Source: Somniosus microcephalus | Lineage: Eukaryota | NCBI GenBank assembly: GCA_052327205.1 | Contig: CM126223.1 | Location: 57,908,001 to 57,972,000, forward strand | Length of the DNA stretch: 64,000 nt | Reading direction: 5' to 3' | Shown here: positions 26,734 to 36,300 of the stretch, piece after piece | Position numbering within the stretch: position 1 is the first letter of the stretch | Layout: each line of letters starts with the position of its first letter | The notes under the pieces: generated by a model | Told to the model about the DNA's origin: nothing | Databases searched by the model: none | The model's input: the letters and a program-made list of their open reading frames with translations, nothing else | Translations under genes and position numbers: made by a program

Positions 26734-29072
26734 ACAAGAATTTATTATGATCTGTTAGTCTTCCTGTAGGATCATTTATGGTAGACAGACTTGCTTTTCT
26801 GCACACACACATGTCTTCATGAGTTGCAATCTATAAACTTTCAAAAAACATTATATAAAATGATCACTCCTAGTGACATAATGAAGGTATGAACTCAGAC
26901 ACCCTCTTTAATAAATAAAAAACATTACAGAGTGGGCAATCTGGGAGTATGCAGGACAAGTCCAGGAATTGCTCCTGTGTGTATTTATGATGCAAGCAAG
27001 CAAATGCATAGACTTGTTTTTTCAAGTGTAGCAGAACAAAGGACATCTAATCCAATGACATCACAAGACTGATGTCAATCTATGTCTGCAGTGCTGTTGA
27101 AGCACCAGAGATTGGATCATTTATATTTGGGAGTGCTGTAGACAGCACACCTTCCAAATAGTGCCCTTACTGTACCTATGCCTTTAAATGTAACTTGCTT
27201 TCTCTTTTCATGAGTTTAAAATTTCAACATAGTTATATGCTGACCCTAAGGTTGCCTCTTTTTGCTTTTATTTACTTTTGTGCTTGGTTAAGCATTGTGG
27301 CTGGAGAGATGCAGAATATCATTGATTCTGGCTGCTTTGTTCTGTGCCTTCCAAGTGCCTTAGTAACTTCAAGGTTACTGCAGACAGACCTTCATTCAGC
27401 TACTTAGCAAATTAATTCTGCCAGCGACTTTCTCGGCCCTTAGACTTAAATTGACTTGTTGCTTATTTATTGTGACATTCAGCTGACCTCATGAGCTGTC
27501 AGTAGTATAAGAAGGTGGCATAAATTATTGATTTGCAAATTCATCTCATCTGAATTCAAAGTTTCCAATTTCATGATTGAGTTTTTGCTACTTGAAAATC
27601 AAAGTGGCCAAATTAAAATAAGTATTTCAAATAATTAAATATCTACTGTAGTTTTCACTGATTTATCAAATAGTTTTGGAAACTGGCATTTAATCCGAGA
27701 TACTAGTTACATTTAATATCCATATTTGTATATCCTATTATTTTGTATTTGTTTTGTAGCAGCTATATTGAACAAAGTACTAATCAGCTTTAGAGCTGAT
27801 TTTCAAGTGCTTCCAGTTAAACCAGTCTGTAATCACCACAGTGGCAGCTGATCTCCTAATGCTGTTCAAACCTGATCTTTCAACTTGTTGAAACTGAAAT
27901 TAAAATGGTCTCTGACCAATTTCACTATTCTTGATAAAAGTAAGCGTCGTTCATAGTTTTTAAGCAAATACATTTTTTTAGCAATAATGAAATGCAAGTG
28001 TATTACGATACAAACTGGACTTGAAATTTCTACTAGTGCTCTAACCCCCAAAATTTGAATTGATGAAAAATTAAAATTATAAATGCCTTTTTTAAAATTT
28101 CTTCCAAGTATTTTCCCCTTGACTACTGAAGACACTGATCATGCTGCACATCAAGGTACTGGCCATTCTCTTGCAAATCAGTTTGGTCCTCCTTCATTTG
28201 ACAATCTGTGCATTGTCAGGCTATTTCACATGGAGGTCTTCACAATTGAGCCCATTACTATTCTCTCCTGATGACCACCCATGCACACTCTAGATCAGGA
28301 ATTAATGGATAGGAGTCAGGAGTGGGCGCCTTGGCTTATTTTCCTGTTTCTCTAGCCCAGGGGCGCTGAGGGTAATTGTAGCATTCCTACTGCCACCCTG
28401 GCTGAGATCAGCTAACTCAATACAGACTGGGAATTGAACTTATGATCTTCCTGATCTCTATGACTTAATTTCACAATGGCAGTTCATCGCTTCCTCTAGA
28501 AGGAGCTGATGTACCTTTCGTCAAGACATTCTTTTTGGAAGGCGCACCTATTTATTTTCTTCAGTTTTCACCCTTCTAATGAGTTGGCGTGATTTGTTGC
28601 CCCATAACATCTGCCTCTGTAGCAAGCACAGTGAGGGAAATAAGCTTGAAGAAAGAATGTGGCTGCAGTTATACATAGAAATACATAAAAGTTACAACAC
28701 AGAAACAGGCCATTCAACACAACTGGTCGGTGTTGCTATTTACCTTCCATGCTAGCAAATAGTTCAAATCACATTTATCCACCCTATTCCCATATCCCTT
28801 CAACCCCTTTTCCTTCATCCACCTATCGAGTATAATCTTGAATGTTGACATTAGTTTCTGCCTAGACCACTAACCCTGTAACTGAATTCCACAGCATCAC
28901 AATGTGTAAATATGTTTCGCTTGCTCTTTGTTTTAAATCTTACATTTAATCTTGTATCTATGGCCCCTCAACTACTAGAAACTGTCTGCTTCCATTTACC
29001 ATGTCTCACCCTTGCATAATTTTAAACACTTCTATCTGCATTGTTCTAATGAAAAAAATACCAATTTTTCAA

Positions 29073-29697
29073 AGGATGCGACTGCCACCAACAGCATAAA
29101 GCAGTTGTGCATGTGCAGTTCCAGTGAGTTTTTTTGGTTGTTCTTGCCGGACTTCCACAGATTGGTGAGAGAAAGGTGAGGGGTGGAAATTTCAGGTATT
29201 GTGGTCTGTAATGTGACTTGAAGGTGATATTAGGATGTTGTCAGCTTGAGAGTTTTATTGTAATCTTGCAGAGTGTTACCACTATCGGGTCCTCTGTTGT
29301 GGTTTGAACACTCGGCTGGTGAACAGAATGCAGGCGTAGGATGTTAGGATTTAATCGGTTGGTAAAAGGATCATTGAGAAATAGAGTAGACACACTGCGG
29401 AGAGATAGAGAGGAGCGCTAGACAAAGAATGGGGAGGGCAGAGAAGGAACGCGAAAAGAGAGTGGCAGAGGTATGATTAATTCATCAGAATGAACTGCTA
29501 AGACTTCCAGTACAATTTAACAAGGAAATGTGACTTGAAGGTGATATTAGGATGTTGTCAGATTGAGAGTTTTTTTTATTTTCACTATCGGCTCCCCTGT
29601 CTGTTGTGGTGAACGTTACTTTTTCAAATTTGGAACCTGACATTTATGTGCAGAATGCTTCTGCGCAGCTTCCAGTTCGTTGGCAGCAGTCACTCTG
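29073..29697. mobile_element. hAT-like non-autonomous DNA element
   Basis: 8-bp direct repeats TTTTTCAA at 29065-29072 and 29698-29705, imperfect TIR GACTGCCACCAAC / GTTGGCAGCAGTC. CR1 sequence continues across the site. Confidence 0.6.
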
Positions 29698-29959
29698 TTT
29701 TTCAAATCTGCTGTCTTATTTGTATTTCCTCCTACCGGTCAGCATCCTAGTGAATCTGCATTGTACCCTCTAAAGCCTCATAATCCTTCCTATAGTTTGA
29801 AGCCCAGTACAGGTACTGCGCATAGTGCTCTTAAGTGATCTTAAGGTTCTGTGTAGGCGCGTCATTGCCTCTTGGCTTTTATATTCTACACCTCTTGAGA
29901 TACAAGGTAACATTAAGTGGTATGAAATTAGGGTGAGGATAGCAAACTGGAATAAAATT

Positions 29960-30312
29960 GGTTTGAAAGAGTTAAGGGCAGTTTTTCCAGAGTGGTTGGA
30001 AGTGGGTAAATCTAGAACTCGGGGACACAGTCTCAGAATAAAGGGTTGTCCTTTTAGAACTGAGATGAGGAGGAACAACTTCTGGGGGTAGTAAATTTGT
30101 GGAATTCTCTGCCCCAGAGAGCTGTTGAGGTTGGGTCATTAAATACATTTAAAGTGGAGATAGACAAATTTTTGCAAGGTAAGGAAGTGAAGGGTTATGG
30201 GAGCAGGCTGGGAAGTGGCTTTGAGCCCAAGATCAGCCATGATCTTATTGAATGGCGGAGCAGGCTCGAGGGGCCAAGTGGCCTATTCCTGCTCCTGTTT
30301 CTTATGTTCTTA
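29960..30312 (+). mobile_element. CR1 3' end (younger, sense)
   Basis: SRTRGHSLRIKG.PFRTEMRRN and WNSLPQRAVE..SLNTFK.EIDKFL peptides, ending in a TCTTATGTTCTTAT tail. Confidence 0.88.
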
Positions 30313-31023
30313 TAAAACCTAGAATTCTTTTAGCTCTTTTGACAATCTTATCAACCTGAGGTGCTACATTTAATGTCCTGTGAACCTGTACCCCGAAGTC
30401 TCTGTTCTTCCACATCACTGAGCCTACTTCCATTCCAAGTTTAAATACTGTTTTTTTTAAACAAATGGGGTCACCTCACTATTACGGACATTAAATTCCA
30501 TCTTTTTAGCCAATTCCTTCACCTTATCGATATTGTTTTGCAGCTTCCTTTGGTCTTCTAAAGAATTAACTCTATCTCTTACTTTATTGGGGCAGAAATT
30601 CGGATCGGGGGCTTGCCACGCGTGCAAGCCCCCGATCTGCACTTACCTGACGCGCCTGCCGTTCACCTCCAGGGACGCCTGGAATTCCTTTTTGAAACAG
30701 AAGAATCCCGGGCAGCGTCTGACCTCACGCCGCCCAGGAGTGCAGCCAGCGCGAAGCCTGGAGCGCGCAGTGCAACTGAGACACGCCCCTTGAGGTCTCA
30801 GTTTAATAGGACACGCCCCCAATGTTTCTCACAAGCTGCAAAGCATTTTTACATGCAGAGCAGCATTTCAAATAGGTTTTTGGTATATTTATGAAGCTTT
30901 GGGTAACTTTTATAAACGTTTACATTATTTTGAAGAATCTGAAGTAGTTTTAAACAGAATTAAAGCAATTTAAAGACTTTTAAAAGCCCTGAAATTTTTT
31001 TCATTCCATTTATTTGGCAACGT

Positions 31024-31368
31024 CGTCGTCATACGTGTCTTCACACTGTTCCCTTTGGGGAACTGTATGAAGTGGTGGAAGGATTTATGGCCGTGATTAA
31101 AGCTCCTTCCGTGACCGTAACCATCTTTGTACCAGCCATTAGGGTGGTTAGTCCTATGGCGGGAGGGTTTTACGGGCTCCCACAAGCTATACGAGGAGGG
31201 GGGGGCCACCCACACCCACGGACGCAAATATCCCACTGGATGTCAACCCAGAATTTAAAGCCGGAGCTCCGACTCCACTTGCTGGGACTGTCTGGAGCGG
31301 GGTTCGAAACCCTACCCCGTCTGGCCCAGCGGCGGGGATCCTACCGCTACGCCAAAGGCCCACTCCGA
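31024..31368 (-). mobile_element. tRNA-headed SINE, copy 1 (CpG-rich, 3' hairpin and (GAC)n tail)
   Basis: On the minus strand: A-box TGGCGTAGCGG, B-box-like GGTTTCGAACC, tail GACGAC. Flanked by TT(G/A)GCAACGT direct repeats at 31014-31023 and 31369-31378. Confidence 0.8.
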
Positions 31369-31381
31369 TTAGCAACGTGAA

Positions 31382-31537
31382 ATGGCTGGAATGAGCACAA
31401 TTCACGGCATTAAAAGAACTTACAATTGAACTGATGATGATCTCAGCAATCTCCTCAACGAGGTGGAGGCGCAGCGCCTGCTCATCATTGGTAATGAGAA
31501 GTCCAAGGTGCTGCAAAAAGGACAGATGATAGCTTGG
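31382..31537 (+). pseudogene. Remnant Myb/SANT-like DNA-binding ORF (Harbinger accessory ORF-like)
   Basis: MAGMSTIHGIKRTYN*TDDDLSNLLNEVEAQRLLIIGNEKSKVLQKGQMIAW resembles the KR..NF(S/T)..EL..L..EV......LFG.......K..AW pattern. One in-frame TGA at 31427. Confidence 0.6.
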
Positions 31538-31615
31538 TCTTTCAAGTGGCAGCATAGGGCTCCAGTCACGGGGAGGGAAAAGGCACAGGAAACGTATGGG
31601 TGTCACCTTTTGCGC

Positions 31616-31970
31616 GGAGTGGGCCTTTTGCGTAGCGGTAAGCATCCCCGCCGCTGGGCCAGAAGGAGTAGGGTTTCGAACCCCGCTCCAGACAGTCCCG
31701 GCAAGTGGAGTCGGAGCTCCAACTATAAATTCTGGGTGGACATCCAGCGGGATACTTGCGTTCGCGGGTGTGGGTGGCTCTCCCCCCCCCCCCCCCCCCT
31801 CAGATGGGTTGTGGGAGCCCGTAAAACCCTCACGCCATAGGACTAACCACCCTAATGGCTGGTATGAAGATGGTTATGGTCACGGAAGGAGCGTTAACGT
31901 GGCCAGAAATCCTTCCACCACTTCATACAGTTCCCGAAAGGGAACAGTGTGAGGATACGTACGACGATGA
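31616..31970 (+). mobile_element. tRNA-headed SINE, copy 2 (inverted relative to copy 1)
   Basis: A-box-like TTGCGTAGCGG (31628), B-box-like GGTTTCGAACC (31672), 3' hairpin GTTCCC-GAAA-GGGAAC and GACGATGA tail. CCT(T/C)TTGCGC direct repeats at 31606-31615 and 31971-31980. Confidence 0.8.
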
Positions 31971-32069
31971 CCTCTTGCGCAATGCACCTCCTTGGACCCT
32001 CAGTCGCAGATGCGAGGGGGCAAATCGTGCAATTGTTAAATTTTTCATTTTATTGACATGTAAAATGTT

Positions 32070-33311
32070 GGCCCAGTAATTCCGTTCCAAACGCGTGAGT
32101 ACGGTCGGGGTACTCCCGCGTCTGGCCGGAGGAAATGCCGGTTTTCAGCATGCACAGCGCATGCGGGGAAAACCGGCATTTCCTGTCCTCTGAACGAAGG
32201 GGTTCGGAGGCAGAACGCGTGCGACTGCACAGGCAGCGCGTGCGCAGTAAAGTTCGCCGGTTTCATTCATGCTTTCAGTAAGGTTAAGTCCTTACAACTT
32301 ACACATGAAAAAAGCACGAGTACAGTTGCTCCAGAGGCTGCGGAGGAAAATATATTTTATTGTGGAGCTTCTGAAAGGCAATATTTTTGTTTGGGAAAGG
32401 GAGGAAAGTTATTTTAAGAAATGCTGAGGTAAGTTTTAAAGTTTATTTTTGTTTTTTAAAACGGGTTTTCAGTACTGTAGGTAGAAGGAGCAATTGTGGC
32501 TGTGAATTGAATTTGTTGTGTTTATTAAATGTGAAAATGACTCCAACATTTTTAAGAAAGAAACTTTTCATCAGTAATATATTCTTTTAAGTATGTATGT
32601 CTATATATTCCTTTACTTATGTGTATGAATGTATGTATTTCATTATGACTTTCAGAGAAAGTAACTTATTGGAAAATCATAATTAAATACATACATTCAT
32701 ACACAAGTAAAGGAATATATACATATACGTAAAGGAATATATACGGACATACATACATAATTACTTAAAAGAATATATTACTGATGAAAAGTTTATTTCT
32801 TAAAAATGTTGGAAATGTTACATTACTCATTTTAGAACAGTCATTTTCACATTTAATAAACACAGCAAATTCAATTCACACAGCCACAATTGCTCCTTCT
32901 ACCTACAGTACTGAAAACCCGTTTATAAAAAAAAAATTAAACTTTAAAACTTACCTCAGCATTTCTTAAACACTTTCCTCCCTTTCCCAAACAAAAATAT
33001 TGCCTTTCAGAAGCTCCACGATAAAATATATCTTCCTCCGCAGCCTCTGGAGCAACTTTACACATGCTTTTTTCATGTGTAAGTTGTAAGGACTTAACCT
33101 CACTGAATCCATGAATGAAATCGACGAAGTTCACTGCGCACGCGCTGCCTGTGCAGTCGCACGCGCTGTGCCTCTGAACCCCTTCGTTCAGAGGACAGGA
33201 AATGCCGGTTTTCCCCGCATGCGCTGTGCATGCTGAAAACCGGCATTTCCTCCGGCCAGACGCGCGAGTACCCCGACTGTACTCACGCGTTTGGAACGGA
33301 ATTACTGGGCC
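32070..33311. repeat. 1.24 kb foldback: inverted duplication of a family A-type terminus
   Basis: Arms 32070-32653 and 32672-33311 are reverse complements with few mismatches, separated by a loop of about 18 nt. Confidence 0.93.
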
Positions 33312-33526
33312 ATTGTCTGCAAATTCTGGCACCATTTTCTTTTGACCTATATCCAAATCATTGATGAACACAGTGAGCAAAAGTGGCCCCAGAACTGAAC
33401 CCTATGGGACACCATTACACACTTCCAACCACTCTGGAAAAACTGCCCTTAACTCTCTTTCAAACCAATTTTATTCCAGTTTGCTATCCTCACCCTAATT
33501 TCATACCACTTAATGTTACCTCCCAA

Positions 33527-34973
33527 ATCCGTGTCCATCTTTCATGCAACTCCATGTTTGAACAATCTGCAATCAGGTTTCTGCCTCAACCACAGCACTG
33601 AAATGGTCCTAATCTAAGTCACAAATGACATCCTCTGTGACTGTGATCATGGTTCACCAACCCTCCTCCTCCATATCCACTTGTCTGCAGCCTTTGACAT
33701 GGCTGCCCAAGCCATCCTCTTCCAATGCCTCTCCTCTGTTGTCCAGCTGAGTGGGTTTGCCCTTGCCTGGTTCCACTCTCTCTCTATTCATTCTCAGGAT
33801 GTGGGCGCCACTGGCAAGGTTGGCATTTATTGCCCATACCTAGTTGCTCTTGAGAAGTTTGCGGTGGGTGCCTTCTTGAACAGCTGCAGTCAGTGTGGTT
33901 TAGGTGCTCCCACAATGCTGTTAGGCAGCGAGTTCCAGGATTTGACCAAGTGTCAATAAAGGAATGACTATGTATCATATGTCCAAGTTAGGATAGTGTG
34001 TGACTTGGGAGTGATGGTGTTCCCATACACCCGAGGCACTTGTTCTTCTAGGTGGTGTAGGTCGCTGGTTTAGGTGGTGCTACCGAATAAGCCTTGGCGA
34101 GTTGAGGAACTTGGGCTCCACCAGTGCTGTCATGGACAGATACATCTGCGACAGGTAAATTGGCGTGGACCAGGTCAAGCAGGTTGTTCCCTCATGTTGG
34201 TCCTATCACCACATGCTGTCAGCTATGTGTGCCTATCCAGCAGAGCCAGAGAATATCCTGCAATAGATTATATTCCCTCCCCAACTGTTGCCTCCAAGGA
34301 TCTATCCTTGGCCACCTCTTATTTCCTTTGTACATGCTGCCCCTCTGCAACATCATCTGTAATATTGTCTGCCTCTGCTGCTGCCTCAGCTTACCGGAAT
34401 CCCTCATCCATGCTTTTGTGACCTCCAGAGTCAAGTATTCCAATGCTCTCCTGGCCAGCCCCTCTCTTCCACCCTCCATAAATTTGAGCTCATGATAATC
34501 TCTGCTGCCCATATCCTAACCACACCAATTCCTGTTTGACCATCACCCCTGTTCAATTGGCTCTTGGTCCACCAATGCATCAATTTAAAAATTTTCATCC
34601 TAGTGTTCAAATCCCTCCATGGCCTCACCCCTCCCTCTCTTTGTAAGCTTCTGTGGCTATATTGCCCTCCAAGAACTCGGCATGCCTCTAACTCTGGCCT
34701 CTTGTGCATTCCCCATTCCCTTCGCCCGAGGATTGGTCGACATGCCTTCAACCGTCCAGGCCCTAAGCTCTGGAATTCACTTCCTAAGCTTCTCTCTCTC
34801 TCTCTCTCTCTCTCTCCTTTTAAGACACTTCTTAAAACATCTCTTTGACCAAGCTTTTAGTCACCTGATCTAATATTGCTTCCTTTGACTCGGTGTCAAT
34901 TTTTATTTGATTATGCTCCTGATATGCCTTGATGTTTTACCGTGTTTAAGGTGCTATATAAATGCAAGTTGTT
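33527..34973 (+). mobile_element. L2-type LINE fragment containing an antisense LINE piece (about 33787-34250)
   Basis: Degraded QSGF...HSTE, LSAAFD, LIHAFVTSR..YSNALL and FKILILVFKSLHGL.P-like peptides. Ends GTGCTATATAAATGCAAGTTGTT. Confidence 0.8.
34791..34816. repeat. (TC)n microsatellite within the L2 fragment
   Basis: Read directly from the sequence. Confidence 0.9.
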
Positions 34974-35924
34974 AATCTTCTCTAGTAATTTCCCATGTGG
35001 TCTCTTGTGAAAAGCTTTCCTAAAGTCGTGTACACTGCATCCACTAGATTTTCTCCTATCATATCCGTTACCTCCTCAAAATATTCTGAGGATTGTAGTG
35101 CACGATTGACCCTTTTGAAATCCATGCTGGCTACTTCTAACTAATTTCTCTAAGGATGAAATTAGATAAAGATTTTACATTTTCTTTCCTCAACAGGTGT
35201 TAAGCTAACTAGCCTGTAATTACCAAGATTAGCTCAATCTCTCTTTTTAAAAATGGGTACTACATTGGCCGCTCCCCTGTGCTCCGGCAGCACATCCACA
35301 CTCTCGAGCACTGAAATATAATTTCTAGGGCCGTTGCGATTGTGTCTCTCATCTCCCTCAGGATCCTAGGATGTATCCCATCAGGCCCTGGCAATTTGTC
35401 TTCCTTTAGAATAACTAAATTATCTAACATTTTCCTTTCATTGATCGTAAGTGAACTCTGTTGAAAATGGCTCTGGCAAGGAAGCAGGAGTGCTTCTCCT
35501 TTATAAAATTCACGTATTAATGGAATAATTGTAACAATTATAATCCATTTGTACCATTTGAGGAAAACACCTCATTTTGAACTTATAATGAAGATGCTAT
35601 TGCTGTTGGTAGTTAATGTTTGATTCATACCTGGGCCTTCCATGTCTGGTAATAGTTGATGAATTGAATGGACAACGCACTTCAGAGGTAGCAGAAATGG
35701 TGCTACTATTTTCCATCTGGGACACAAGTGGTAGATGTGGAGGAAATTTTTTTTTAAAGGAATTGCCAGGTTTAAATGAAATGCAGTGGACAAGTATAGA
35801 AAATAATTTGTACAAGAATTATGAATTTAAAATGAACTATGCCTGAAAGAGTGTTGTACCCTCCCCATCTATACTTCCACCTCTAACGTTGAGTTTTTAT
35901 TATAACACAGACTTTGCAGCTGGG

Positions 35925-36300
35925 ATTGTGCACCTTAGAGCAGAGAAGATTTGATAGAGGGGTTCAAAGTTATGCAAGGAGAGTAGAAGGGGAGAAACTG
36001 TTTCCACTGGGGAGGAGGGTCGGTAACCGGAGGGGACCGATTTAAGATAATTGGCAAAATAGCCAGGGGGAAATGAGGGGAAAAAATGATGCAATGAATT
36101 ATGATCTGGAATTCACTACTTGAAAAGGTGGTGGAAGCAGATTGAATAACTTTCAAAAGTGAATTGAATGTATACGTGAAAGGAGAAATTTGCAGCACTT
36201 TGGGCAAAGAACAGGGGAGTATGATTATTTGGATAGCTTTTTCAAAGAGCTGGCACAAACGATGGGCCGAATGGCCTCCTATGCTGTGTGATTCTGTGAT
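35925..36300 (+). mobile_element. CR1 3' fragment
   Basis: GATTTGATAGAGG.GTTCAAA and ATCTGGAATTCACT blocks, ending GATGGGCCGAATGGCCTCCT...TGTGATTCTGTGAT. Confidence 0.8.

Larger units (their letters stand above)
30589..33311. mobile_element. Composite Harbinger-like non-autonomous element carrying two SINEs, a Myb remnant and a terminal foldback
   Basis: Left terminus GGGGCAGAAATTC resembles family A, right terminus GAATTACTGGGCC, ATT on both flanks. The host CR1 RT reading frame resumes directly on each side. Confidence 0.8.
28672..35450 (-). mobile_element. Long degraded CR1 LINE interrupted by several younger insertions
   Basis: 3' end near 28672. RT pieces VFINDLD...FAD (33312-33380) and KV..VNS.ED..KLQ..ID....MEFNV (30460-30585), plus a degraded DF.KAF..PH-like block near 34990-35035. 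Confidence 0.75.

Noticed and set aside
29210-29610. CRISPR-like or LTR-like direct repeats
   Set aside because: There are only two imperfect copies, internal to a TIR/TSD element, with no TG...CA ends, PBS or spacer array, and the context is eukaryotic.
31616-31690. Functional tRNA gene
   Set aside because: It has A/B-box-like motifs and some stems but no canonical cloverleaf or anticodon loop. It continues into a 280-nt body with a tail and TSD, so it is a SINE head.
31072-31952. Cluster of overlapping 100-150 aa ORFs with mirrored peptides on both strands
   Set aside because: A by-product of GC-rich inverted SINE copies. Only the Myb-like segment 31382-31537 looks protein-derived.
32937-33380. 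147-aa minus-strand ORF beginning with an RT-like motif
   Set aside because: Chimeric read-through from a CR1 RT fragment (VFINDLD...FAD) into non-coding MITE sequence.
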